The position numbers and the translations under genes were made by a program. A stretch of DNA of 64,000 bases from an uncultured Verrucomicrobiae bacterium (lineage in GTDB: Bacteria > Verrucomicrobiota > Verrucomicrobiia > Chthoniobacterales > Chthoniobacteraceae): NCBI GenBank assembly GCA_963836755.1, contig CAWIKF010000002.1, positions 128,001 through 192,000 on the forward strand. The letters run 5' to 3'. Below, piece by piece: positions 1-9,169 of the stretch. The notes beneath the pieces are model-generated. The model was not told where the DNA came from. It ran no database searches and was given only the letters and a program-made list of their open reading frames with translations. How positions within the stretch are numbered: position 1 is the first letter of the stretch; the number at the start of each line of letters is the position of its first letter.

Positions 1-1150
1 CGACATTATATTCACTCTGCTCGCTTTTTGGGTTCTGGGACAGGTGAGAATGTCTGCCTCCACGGCTCGCAAGCTCCCATTCCTTCTCCTCATCGGTAAT
101 CTCGGCGTCGGATTACTTGGATTCATCACCTACCATTTTCCTAGAACGGTGCCGCTGATTGCCCATTTCTATACGGGAGTCGATACGGAGCAGTATAATC
201 TCACCACATCCGAAGTCCGGACGATTGATGAGCAAGAGATGAACCGCCAGCAATATCTCGCTGCACCGGCCAGCAACGGTTTCTCCTATTTGTGTGCACG
301 CTACGTTCCCACCACGCTTTTCAATCCGCTCTACGTCGTCCGTTTCTTGCTGGCGATCACGGCGGTCCTCCTCTGCCTGAAATCGGGCCATCGTTTGACA
401 GTTCCCACGATGCTGGCTTCCTTTTTCATCTGTCTCTATTTTCGCGAGGGGCTGCTCCCCGTTTTCAGGAATGGTCTGGTTGTAACGGTCATTCTTATGT
501 TGGTAGTCGGTTCGCAGGGGCTTGTGGTTGATTTCCCACTCACCTTTCAGCGCTCCCTTTCATTCCTACCAGGCAAGTGGAGTCATGTGGCGGTCGCGGA
601 CGCGGAAGCCTCGACTGAATGGCGCCGGATGATGTGGAGGACGGTCATGTCGGGTGACAAATACATCACGAGCAAGGTCTGGGGCGATGGCTTCGGCTTC
701 ACGCATCAACAACTCAACCAGATGAAGGACAGCACCGACACCCAGGAAAATTTCATGATCAGCGGTGACGTTCACAGCGGTCCGATCTCGACGATTCGCT
801 TTGTCGGCTATGTGGGGCTGGCTCTTTTCCTCGTGTTCATGTTTTCCCTTTCCTGGTATGCCGCCACGCTGATACGCCGTGCGCAGGGGACTCCATTCTT
901 TTTCGCGGCCTTGTTCGTTGGCGTCCCTCCGATCTACCTTCCCTTTTCGTTTATTTTCATCGCAGGGGCCTACGCCAATGACATCGTCAATTCCATCATG
1001 ACTTTCGCCCTTCTGAAACTGGTGGATGACTCTCTGCGCGATTACCGGAAGCGGCACCAAAATGACAAGGAGGAGCGACCGGCTCCCCGGAAACTGGGGC
1101 CTGCGCACAGACAGTTGGTTCCTCTTCGATCTACTCTCGTCGTCAGATGA
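1..1150 (+). CDS. O-antigen ligase/polymerase (Wzy/WaaL-like) membrane protein, 5'-truncated by the window edge
   Basis: Frame is open from position 2. Multi-TM hydrophobic protein with GDGFG and DVHSGPISTIRFVGYVG resembling the Wzy_C H..G..G motif. Lies upstream of the flippase and GTs. Confidence 0.7.
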   Translation, partial: DIIFTLLAFWVLGQVRMSASTARKLPFLLLIGNLGVGLLGFITYHFPRTVPLIAHFYTGVDTEQYNLTTSEVRTIDEQEMNRQQYLAAPASNGFSYLCARYVPTTLFNPLYVVRFLLAITAVLLCLKSGHRLTVPTMLASFFICLYFREGLLPVFRNGLVVTVILMLVVGSQGLVVDFPLTFQRSLSFLPGKWSHVAVADAEASTEWRRMMWRTVMSGDKYITSKVWGDGFGFTHQQLNQMKDSTDTQENFMISGDVHSGPISTIRFVGYVGLALFLVFMFSLSWYAATLIRRAQGTPFFFAALFVGVPPIYLPFSFIFIAGAYANDIVNSIMTFALLKLVDDSLRDYRKRHQNDKEERPAPRKLGPAHRQLVPLRSTLVVR

Positions 1151-1230
1151 TCTACACGGATCCGGGGCTGGAACGCCGGAAACATTGACGCCGTTAGGTT
1201 TCATCCCCAACCTGAAATCTGCGCTTCTTA

Positions 1231-2169
1231 ATGAACCTACCCTGTCCTTGTCCGTTGTGTCAGCACGACACCGGCTCTTCGATTGACCGGCTTACCGGCG
1301 CGGAAATTCGCAAGCTATGGAAATCGCGCAACCGCGAGTTTTCACCCGAGGCATGGGGACCTCTCACACCGGAAACCGCGGTCGATCTCTTCCGTTGCGC
1401 AAATTGTGGGTTCACCTTCTTCGACCCGCGCTTCGCCGGTGGTGAAGCCCTTTACCGGGAGCTGGAAGACCCAACCTATTACACAGGTGCACGGCCGGAG
1501 TTTCAGCGCACGATCGAGTTCGCCCGCAAACATCACCTTCACCGAGTGCTCGATGTTGGCTGCGGAGCAGGGGCGTTTCTTGACCAAGCGCGCGCGGCGG
1601 GGCTCGAGACTGTGGGACTTGAACTAAACAAAACCGCCGCCGCAGTGGCTCGCGCAAAGGGGCATCCGATCTTTGACGTGCTCCTTCATGAAATCGATCC
1701 CGCGCAGGCTGGCAGCAAGTTTGATCTCATCACGCTTTTTCAAGTAGTTGAACACGTCACCGAACCTGTAGCGGTCATGCGCGCTGCGGCTGCGCGATTG
1801 AACTTGGGCGGATTCATCTCCATCGCCGTCCCTTCAGAAGATGGGCTTTTGAAATATGTGAGATGGGATCCTCATCAATGGCCGCCACATCACACCAGCC
1901 GCTGGAGGAAAGCAGATTTCCAGCAACTGGCGGCCGCTGCCGGTCTCGAGGTCGTGGAAAGTGGCGGAGATGTCCTGCAAGGCGGGGACTTCGCGTATTG
2001 GTGGAAGTTTCACAGTGAACTCGCACGCTGCATTGGGCGCAAACCTTTGCCGGGTGGAAATATCGCTCCGAACATCCTTTCCTTTATCTACCGGAAGACA
2101 GGAATGAAATATCTGATGCCTCATTGGGGGAGCAGCATCTACGGCTACTTCCGCCTTCCGCGGCGATGA
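1231..2169 (+). CDS. Class I SAM-dependent methyltransferase with N-terminal CxxC..CxxC zinc site
   Basis: VLDVGCGAG motif I, FDLITLFQVVEHV, CPLC and CANC. Confidence 0.85.
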   Translation: MNLPCPCPLCQHDTGSSIDRLTGAEIRKLWKSRNREFSPEAWGPLTPETAVDLFRCANCGFTFFDPRFAGGEALYRELEDPTYYTGARPEFQRTIEFARKHHLHRVLDVGCGAGAFLDQARAAGLETVGLELNKTAAAVARAKGHPIFDVLLHEIDPAQAGSKFDLITLFQVVEHVTEPVAVMRAAAARLNLGGFISIAVPSEDGLLKYVRWDPHQWPPHHTSRWRKADFQQLAAAAGLEVVESGGDVLQGGDFAYWWKFHSELARCIGRKPLPGGNIAPNILSFIYRKTGMKYLMPHWGSSIYGYFRLPRR

Positions 2170-3707
2170 GCCGCTTCCGACGGTTTGCGCACAACGTTGG
2201 CTCCGGTTACGTCGCGCTGGGCGCGAACATCATCTATAGCTTCGCCTCAGTCCCATTAGCCTTGCACTATCTCTCACGGCAGGACTTCGGCTTGTGGGCG
2301 CTGTTGATGCAGCTCGTCGGCTACCTCGGGTTGATCGATCTCGGCATGAACGGCGCAGCGACCCGGCTCCTGATCGACCACAAGGACAACCCCGAAACTG
2401 GCGACTACGGAAGCATGGTGCAAACGACTGTTCTCGTTTCGCTGGTGCAGGCTCTCATCGTGGCGGGGGCAGGGCTCGCCTTTGCAACCATCTGCGCTCG
2501 ACTCGTCAGCATCCCCGCCGCGCGCGCTGCCGATTTTACCATGCTGCTGCGGTGGCAGATCCTGCTTACCGCCTTCGGTTTCGCCACCCGCCTCTTCGGC
2601 CAATTGCTCGGGGCGCATCAGCGCATGGACATCGCCAACTACGGCCAGACCTTCCAACTGCTCGCTGGCCTCGGCTTTCTCTGGTGGTTCTTCTCGCATG
2701 GCGCGGGAATTTTCGGCCTCCTCTATTCCAGCGCGCTCGGCACCCTTCTCTGCACCGCGCTCTTGGCGATCATGTGCCAGGTCCTCGGCCTCTTTCCACC
2801 GCGCAAATTTCTCGGCGCTCCCTCATGGCGCGTCTTCAAGGAAGTCTTCGGCTACGGCAAAGATGTCTTCCTCGTCGCCTTCGGTGGCCAGCTCATCATG
2901 GAAAGCGCCACGATCATCCTCGCCCGCCGTCTCGGCCTTGAAAAAGTAGCCGCGTGGGCAGTCGGCACGCGTATGTTCACCCTCGTCTGCCAGGTCATCT
3001 GGCGCATCTCCGATTCCGCGATGGCTCCCTTTGCCGAGATGATGGCGCGCCGCGAGCACGAGCGCCTCTTCCGACGTTACAAGGAAATGGTCATCGCTTC
3101 CTGTGCCATCGCCGGAGTCGGCGCGACGATCTTCGCCGCCTGCAACAGTCTTTTCATCCATGTCTGGACTTTGGGCAGAATCGAGTGGGCTCCGCACAAC
3201 GATCTCTTGCTCGCGATCTGGATCATTCTTCTTACTCTTGTTCATTGCCATTGCGGCTTTGTCCTCATCACCAAACAGATCGGCTGGATGCGTTACATCT
3301 ATCTGCTGGAGGGAATCGTGTTCATCGCTTCCGCGCTCGTAGCAGTCCGCTTTTTTGGCATTGCAGGGATTCTCATCGCCTCGTTGGTCTCCGGATTGGG
3401 ACTGAGTGGAACCTACGGAATTTTAAGAATCGCCCGATATTTCGAACGTAGCCCGATGGAAGTCGGCCTCGAATGGCTAGTCCCGATGGCGAAAGTCCTC
3501 GCTATCCTCGCACCGGTGACGCTGCTCCTATGGTTTCTTACGCTGCCTCTTTCACCATTGATCCGGCTAATCCTTCTAGGAATCATCCCATCCCTCCTTG
3601 GCAGCTTTCTCCTGATCCGCTTTGTTCTGACGGCCGAAATGTTCTCGCACTTTCCCATCCGACTTCAGTCTCCACTTAGGCCTTTCGTATCGTTCAAAGT
3701 ATCATGA
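2166..3707 (+). CDS. Oligosaccharide flippase (Wzx/MOP superfamily)
   Basis: About 12-14 TM segments; LSRQDFGLWALL..LIDLG N-terminal pattern; ATG 2166 overlaps the upstream stop (ATGA). Confidence 0.85.
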   Translation: MSRFRRFAHNVGSGYVALGANIIYSFASVPLALHYLSRQDFGLWALLMQLVGYLGLIDLGMNGAATRLLIDHKDNPETGDYGSMVQTTVLVSLVQALIVAGAGLAFATICARLVSIPAARAADFTMLLRWQILLTAFGFATRLFGQLLGAHQRMDIANYGQTFQLLAGLGFLWWFFSHGAGIFGLLYSSALGTLLCTALLAIMCQVLGLFPPRKFLGAPSWRVFKEVFGYGKDVFLVAFGGQLIMESATIILARRLGLEKVAAWAVGTRMFTLVCQVIWRISDSAMAPFAEMMARREHERLFRRYKEMVIASCAIAGVGATIFAACNSLFIHVWTLGRIEWAPHNDLLLAIWIILLTLVHCHCGFVLITKQIGWMRYIYLLEGIVFIASALVAVRFFGIAGILIASLVSGLGLSGTYGILRIARYFERSPMEVGLEWLVPMAKVLAILAPVTLLLWFLTLPLSPLIRLILLGIIPSLLGSFLLIRFVLTAEMFSHFPIRLQSPLRPFVSFKVS

Positions 3708-4411
3708 CTCCTACTCACCCGAAGGCCGAGCACCCACTTAAACACTTCAAGAAAATCCCATCCTGCACGCTAAGACGCGCTGATCGGACTTATCTCACGG
3801 CCTTGAACCTCGAAGCTTCACTCATGCAGTGCCGCGAATATATTCGCGGAAGCCTTCTCGATGTCGGTTGCGGGCGGAAGCCTTATCAAAATACCTACTT
3901 TTCAGGCGCTACCACCTATCTGGGCGCGGACTATCTCTCCGATCGTTCGACTCCCGATGTCATTTGTTCTGCTCTGGACCTTCCTTTTGACCCGCAATCC
4001 TTCGATACGGTGGTCAGCACCGAAGTGCTCGAACATGTGCCCGACCCGCTCCTCGCCTTCAAAGAAATGCACCGGGTTCTCCGTCCGACGGGCTATCTGA
4101 TCCTAAGCACGCCCATGTATTGGCCCCGCCATGATCTGCCGTATGATTTTTTCCGCTATCCCTACGATGGGCTGATGCATTTGCTAAAGGAGAGCGGATT
4201 TGAAGTCGTCCGGTTGTTTAACCGCGGACAATCTTACGCATTCCTCGGCCAGGTCATTCAGCACATCGGCATTCATTATGTGCTGCCTGCCCCGATTGCC
4301 AGGGCGGTGAGCTGGTGTCTGAACAGCTTTTTTCTCTGGTGCGAAAGACATCTCGATCACGACCTGCTCACCATGGGCTGGACCGTCGTCGCACGGCCAG
4401 TCGCAAGCTGA
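3704..4411 (+). CDS. Class I SAM-dependent methyltransferase
   Basis: LLDVGCGRKPY, LPFDPQSFDTVVSTEVLEHV; ATGA overlap with the flippase stop. Confidence 0.9.
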   Translation: MTPTHPKAEHPLKHFKKIPSCTLRRADRTYLTALNLEASLMQCREYIRGSLLDVGCGRKPYQNTYFSGATTYLGADYLSDRSTPDVICSALDLPFDPQSFDTVVSTEVLEHVPDPLLAFKEMHRVLRPTGYLILSTPMYWPRHDLPYDFFRYPYDGLMHLLKESGFEVVRLFNRGQSYAFLGQVIQHIGIHYVLPAPIARAVSWCLNSFFLWCERHLDHDLLTMGWTVVARPVAS

Positions 4412-4431
4412 CGGCGGCTCTCTTTTCTCTG

Positions 4432-4480
4432 AAAAAAAGCCGCGCAGCCGGATTTCTCCCCGGCTGCGCGGTTTTTGTTT
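4432..4480. terminator. Bidirectional intrinsic terminator
   Basis: Perfect 12-bp stem CCGCGCAGCCGG (4440-4451)/CCGGCTGCGCGG (4460-4471), preceded by an A7 run and followed by TTTTTGTTT, between convergent genes. Confidence 0.9.
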
Positions 4481-4494
4481 GCGAAGGTCTGCGC

Positions 4495-5178
4495 CTACGC
4501 CGGGTTCACGTTGACCGATAGCGACATGCTCCAGTCGCCGGTGGTCGCGTCGCCGTCGAGGTAGATCATCCGGTATTCACGGATCTCGGGCTGGTTCGCG
4601 ACCGCGAGCGGACGCGTGTCCACGAAGGGCGAGAACAGGTCGGTCCCGAGATCGGTCCAAGTCGCATCCGTCGGGTGACGGCTTTGAACTTTGACGCCAG
4701 TCCAGCCGTCTTTTTCCCATGGAAGGGTGACGTTGCCGGCGTTGGTATCGGTTACATGGAAGACCGGCGGCGCGGATGGCTCGGTCGGCGCTGGGCTGCT
4801 GGTGCCGTCAATGCCGAGGTCGATGCCGATCGCCACGGTGTAGGCCGGGTGGTTCACGATCCGGGCGATCAACGCACGCAGGCGCGCGATCACGCCGGGC
4901 AGCACGGCAGTCGGCAATGCGCCGAAAACCGGCAGCGACGGGAAGGGCATTCCGGTGCCAGTGCCATTCTTGATGAGGTTTTTGTAGCTCGTCATCGTCT
5001 GCGTGGAGGTGCGCAGCTGCTTCAAGACCTGGAGGTAAATTGCCTTCAGGTAGTTGCAATCGTTGACGGCTGAGGTGATTTCCGTTGCCAGCAAGCCGAC
5101 GTTGGGGCCTTGCAGTGGGATTTTGGCTGCGAAGTTCTCGAGCCAGACGGGCTGGGAACCTTCATTTTTAGGGATCAT
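4495..5178 (-). CDS. Uncharacterised protein: helical N-terminal region + C-terminal FN3/Ig-like beta domain
   Basis: About 227 aa from ATG 5178, after an A-rich leader (alternative GTG 5205). C-terminal V-T-L-P-W...V-K-V-Q..W..L...F-V-D...E-Y-R-M-I-Y...G-D-W-S resembles FN3. No signal peptide visible. Confidence 0.8.
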   Translation of the reverse strand: MIPKNEGSQPVWLENFAAKIPLQGPNVGLLATEITSAVNDCNYLKAIYLQVLKQLRTSTQTMTSYKNLIKNGTGTGMPFPSLPVFGALPTAVLPGVIARLRALIARIVNHPAYTVAIGIDLGIDGTSSPAPTEPSAPPVFHVTDTNAGNVTLPWEKDGWTGVKVQSRHPTDATWTDLGTDLFSPFVDTRPLAVANQPEIREYRMIYLDGDATTGDWSMSLSVNVNPA

Positions 5179-5257
5179 TTTGTTTTTCTTTCTGTGTTGA
5201 GCCACGCCATGGATTGGCGCCGCGAAGCGATCCTGAGGGAGGAAAGCGTCGGTCGTG

Positions 5258-5284
5258 TGACGGAAAAGTTACTTTCCTGTGTCA
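5258..5284. promoter_or_regulatory. Imperfect inverted repeat between the array and the FN3-like gene (candidate operator or hairpin)
   Basis: TGAC-GGAAAAG-TTA-CTTTCC-TGT-GTCA. Confidence 0.4.
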
Positions 5285-5295
5285 TTTTGGCCGGA

Positions 5296-5603
5296 AATGG
5301 CTTCTGCCAGTGTGCGGAGCCATTCTGCCGGTGGGCCGAACCATTCTACCGGTGCGCAGAACCATTCGGCGCGTCGGCAGAACCATTCTGCCCGTGCGCC
5401 GAGGCCTCTGACGGCTGGCAGAACCATTCTACCGGTGCGCGGAACGATTCTGCCGGGCCGCCGAGCCCTCCGCCGGCGCGCAGAATCATTCCGCCGGTGC
5501 GCAGAACCGTTCTGCCGGGTCGCCGAGGCCTCCGCCGGGGCGCGGAACCATTCCGCCGACGCGCAGAATCGTTCTGCCGAGGCGTAAAACCGTTCTGCAA
5601 CAG
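5296..5603. repeat. Tandem array of about 15 units, 21 bp (three of 20 bp), consensus GAACCATTCTGCCGGTGCGCA
   Basis: Unit starts 5296, 5317, 5338, 5359, 5380, 5401, 5421, 5442, 5463, 5483, 5504, 5525, 5545, 5566, 5587. Confidence 0.95.
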
Positions 5604-5642
5604 AGTAAACTGCCGCTTCCCGCGTGCTTCGGGAGAAACCGC

Positions 5643-6842
5643 CTACGCCGAAAGCCTTTTCGCCAGTCGCCGAAAGGGACGCAACAGCGGCGCGTATTTC
5701 CACGGGTGGCGATCCCGCAGCGGCGCACGCACTTTTACCGCAGCCCGCCACGGGACGCGTGGCTTCGGCGCATTTTCGAGGCCCGCAAGCCAACAGTCCG
5801 CCATTTTTTCCACGGAAAACTCGGTGCGCGCAGTCGCGGTCGCCGCGAGCGATTTTGCCTGCAGCTCGTCGCGATGCGTGTGCAGGTGGATGATCGCCCG
5901 CGCGTAACCGTCGGTGTCGTCCGGTGGCACGGGCACGCCGTTGGTTTCATTCACCACCTCGCGAATGCCGCTCTCGAGCGCGCTCGCCACCGGGACGACT
6001 CCGTGCCCCATCGCCTCCAGCAGGCTCATCGGCAATCCCTCGGATTCCGAGGCGAGCAGGAAAATGTCGCGGTCGGCCAGCAGTTGCGGCACTTCGTGAT
6101 AGGCGATGGTGTCGAGGAAGCGGACGGTTTGCGCTGGCGAGGTGCTGCGCATATTTTCCTCCAGCCACGCGCGCTCCTCGCCCTCGCCGGCGATCACCCA
6201 ATCGAACGGCACGCCCGCGGCGGTGAGCGCGGCCATGATTTGCGGGAAAAGTCGCACCCGTTTTTGCGGATGGATGAGCCGGCCGAAGTAAAGGATGCGC
6301 AAGGGGCGGTCGAGGTTTGGCGGATCGGCGCGGGGCGGGGTGCGAAAGGGGATGCCGTTCGGCACGTAGTGGACCGCGTTCAACAAGAAGTCAGGCATCC
6401 CGCGGAGCCTGTCGGCAATGGCTTGGGAGACGGCCATGAGGCCATCGACACAATGGCGAAAGGGGCGGACGGCATCGTAGAAAATCCAATGATCGCAATG
6501 GATGACGGCAAGGCGGGTGACGCGATCTGGGACATAGCGAAGTATTTCGAGCGGCCCCTCACCGAGCCAGGCGATGACCGCATCCGGCCGGAACCGCGCC
6601 AGCCCGGAGAGGATGTTTTTCACACAATCCTCGAAGATGAGGCGGCGATCATCCTGCCGCGTGAAGTTGAGCCCGAGCGCGGCGATGTCGGAATCGTAGT
6701 CGCAGAGATGGGTGAGCGCGAAAAGCCGGATGTCGTGGCCGCGCGCGCCGAGCTCGGCGGCGAGGTTGAGGAGCGCCGTGGATGCGCCGCCCATGGCAAG
6801 GTCGCCGACGATGAATGCGAGGCGCATTGGGCGGTCGGTCAT
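5643..6842 (-). CDS. Glycosyltransferase family 4
   Basis: LAMGGAST N-terminus, ILYFGRLIHPQKRV, SESEGLPMSLLEAMGHG. Confidence 0.92.
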   Translation of the reverse strand: MTDRPMRLAFIVGDLAMGGASTALLNLAAELGARGHDIRLFALTHLCDYDSDIAALGLNFTRQDDRRLIFEDCVKNILSGLARFRPDAVIAWLGEGPLEILRYVPDRVTRLAVIHCDHWIFYDAVRPFRHCVDGLMAVSQAIADRLRGMPDFLLNAVHYVPNGIPFRTPPRADPPNLDRPLRILYFGRLIHPQKRVRLFPQIMAALTAAGVPFDWVIAGEGEERAWLEENMRSTSPAQTVRFLDTIAYHEVPQLLADRDIFLLASESEGLPMSLLEAMGHGVVPVASALESGIREVVNETNGVPVPPDDTDGYARAIIHLHTHRDELQAKSLAATATARTEFSVEKMADCWLAGLENAPKPRVPWRAAVKVRAPLRDRHPWKYAPLLRPFRRLAKRLSA

Positions 6843-6877
6843 TGCAAGAATCGTAGGGACAACTTTTTACGCGCGCA

Positions 6878-7978
6878 ATGAGGCGTGCGAAAAAAATTGA
6901 GGCGGAGTTTGTGTCGGTTATGCTGGCGGCAGTGAACAATCATTTCGAGGCGACGCGCATTGTTCCCACTACTCGATTTGTCGAGGCGGCTCTGCCGTTG
7001 GTCACGGTGAATATTCTTTCGTTCAATCGCAAAGAGGAATTGCGCATCACTTTAACGAAGCTCGCGGGAAGCTTGAACTATCCTGCGGAGAAGATGGAGA
7101 TCATCGTCGTCGATAATGCGTCGACGGATGGAACGGTGGCGATGTTGAGGGAGGATTTTCCGAAGGTTCAAGTGATCGCTCGCGACGTCAATGTGGGGAT
7201 CTCGGCGTGGAATGACGGTTTTCGGAAAGGGCGCGGCGATTACTTTTTGGTGTTGGATGATGATTGTTATATCGAGGGAGACTCGTTGCAACTGGCGGCA
7301 GGCAATGCCGTGGAGCATGGGGCGGATATTGTTTCCTTTCATGCCATCAATCCATTGGATGAAGGCTATTCCTTTAATGAAACCATCAATCCGGGACTGC
7401 TTTCGTTTTGGGGTTGCGCCGTGCTAATCAGCAGGCGGGCGATCGAGAAGCTCTCCGGCTTTGACCCAAATATTTTCGTGTATATGCACGAGCTGGAGTT
7501 TTCGATTCGAGCCCTTGGCCACGGCTGCCAACACCTCTATCTTCCGCAAGTGCTCGCTTTTCACATGAAACCAAAAGGGAAGGCGTTGACTGCGAGTGCC
7601 GCGGCTGGCTGCCGCTGTTCGTTCAATCATGGCTATATCATCGGCAAGCTCTTTAACTTTGATCACATCGCACGCGGCTGCGCCTACACGATGGTCGGAT
7701 ATATGCGCCAATACTGGAGGCGGCCCGGCTTGGGACTTCGTTTGAAATTCGCGTTTTTTCGCGGTCTCTTTCGAGGACTTGCAAATCATCAGCCGGTGAA
7801 TCGGGAAACCGTTCGCTTCTACACGCAGAACTACCTCGCGTTTCGCCCGCCTATGCTTTCTCTGGCAAGGCAACGGATGAAGGCGGAGAATCTTTTCCGT
7901 TCCCGGCGCAGCGAGCTCTATTCTCTTAATCAAAGCGCATTGCTCTCCGTGCGGGAATTCGTTCAATCCGCTACTTGA
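6878..7978 (+). CDS. Glycosyltransferase family 2 (true start may be 6920 or later)
   Basis: IIVVDNASTDGT, LVLDDD, GFDPNIFVYMHELE. Confidence 0.9.
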   Translation: MRRAKKIEAEFVSVMLAAVNNHFEATRIVPTTRFVEAALPLVTVNILSFNRKEELRITLTKLAGSLNYPAEKMEIIVVDNASTDGTVAMLREDFPKVQVIARDVNVGISAWNDGFRKGRGDYFLVLDDDCYIEGDSLQLAAGNAVEHGADIVSFHAINPLDEGYSFNETINPGLLSFWGCAVLISRRAIEKLSGFDPNIFVYMHELEFSIRALGHGCQHLYLPQVLAFHMKPKGKALTASAAAGCRCSFNHGYIIGKLFNFDHIARGCAYTMVGYMRQYWRRPGLGLRLKFAFFRGLFRGLANHQPVNRETVRFYTQNYLAFRPPMLSLARQRMKAENLFRSRRSELYSLNQSALLSVREFVQSAT

Positions 7979-7981
7979 TCG

Positions 7982-9169
7982 GTGGATACTCCCAATCGAC
8001 CGAGGGTCGTCTGCCTGAGCAATGTCTTCGACCAGCATTATCATGATCTGCGCGAGGATGAATTGCCACGCTGCCTGAGCCTTGGGAAGCGCCGCGATTT
8101 ATTTGCCTGCCTGCAAAGCGCGACGGAACGGGAGCTGATCCTTCTTTCCGCTCCGCCAAAGGCGCTCGAGCGTAAATGGACGCGGTGGCTGCCCGCGGTG
8201 CGGACGCAGTTTTATGATCACCCGCAATTCTTCTGCGCCAACTGGGATGCGCCGAAGCTCTGCCTGCCTTTCTCCTGGTTCTCCTATGCGCTGCACGTGC
8301 TGAAACATGTGCGCGACGGCGACATCCTAGTGCTGGATAACTATGAGCTGATCTATGTGCTGGCCGCGCGAGTGACGGCAATGTTTCGCAAGGTGAAGAT
8401 CATTCTCGACTATGAGGATGGGAAGCACTTGATCGACAAAGGGTGGGTGAGGCTGCTGAGCGGCGCCGCAGAAAGGCTGGGTCGCGGATTGCTCGACGGC
8501 GCTTTGCTGGCTCACCCGGCGCTTGCGGGGCGGTTGCCGGCGGAATTGCCGAAGGTGTTGGTGCCGGGATTTGTGCTGCTCAAAGCGGAGGAAGCAAAGG
8601 AACATCCGGCGGCGGGAAATATCGTTCGCTTCCTTTATTCCGGCTCGCTCGATGAAGCTCGCGGGGTGGATCTCCTGCTGGCAGCGCTGGCGCACTTACC
8701 CACAAAAGGGTGGAGGCTGGATATCTCAGGCTGGGGACCGCTAGCTGACTCGGCGAGCGACACCGCCGCGCAGCCGCAATATGTGGGAAAAGTTTTCGTT
8801 CACGGCACGCTGGAAGCGGAGGCTTACAAGGAATTGGTAGCCGCCTGCGATGCCGGCTTGAACTGCCAAAGGGCTTCCGATCCCATCTCCAGCGTGACCT
8901 TTCCTTCCAAGGTCTTCACTTATCTCTCCGGCGGATTGCTCGTGCTCAGCAGCAAGGCGAGCGCAGTTCCCGAGATTTGCGCCGATGCCTGTTATTACTA
9001 TGACGAGGAGAGCGCTGACTCTTTGGCCGAGGCGATGAGTGCAATGATCACTGATTGGAATGGAGTGCGAGATGCGGTTCATCCCAAAACCGCGGAGTTG
9101 CGCTATTCCATGCCAGCAACCAGACTTCGGCTCCAGGAGTTCCTAACAGAACTCTCGATCACCGCATGA
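7982..9169 (+). CDS. Glycosyltransferase, GT-B fold (family 4-like)
   Basis: FLYSGSLDEARGVD, FPSKVFTYLSGGL. Confidence 0.85.
   Translation: MDTPNRPRVVCLSNVFDQHYHDLREDELPRCLSLGKRRDLFACLQSATERELILLSAPPKALERKWTRWLPAVRTQFYDHPQFFCANWDAPKLCLPFSWFSYALHVLKHVRDGDILVLDNYELIYVLAARVTAMFRKVKIILDYEDGKHLIDKGWVRLLSGAAERLGRGLLDGALLAHPALAGRLPAELPKVLVPGFVLLKAEEAKEHPAAGNIVRFLYSGSLDEARGVDLLLAALAHLPTKGWRLDISGWGPLADSASDTAAQPQYVGKVFVHGTLEAEAYKELVAACDAGLNCQRASDPISSVTFPSKVFTYLSGGLLVLSSKASAVPEICADACYYYDEESADSLAEAMSAMITDWNGVRDAVHPKTAELRYSMPATRLRLQEFLTELSITA

Noticed and set aside
5296..5603. CRISPR or TIGR-type guide array
   Set aside because: Units are contiguous 20-21-mers with no unique spacers of guide length, and no cas- or Nop-domain-like gene is recognisable nearby
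5110..5907. ORFs across array 1 (AEPFCRC-type Cys-rich repeats)
   Set aside because: Several frames are open only because the repeat lacks stops; the 20-bp units switch frame; the longest ORF overlaps real genes
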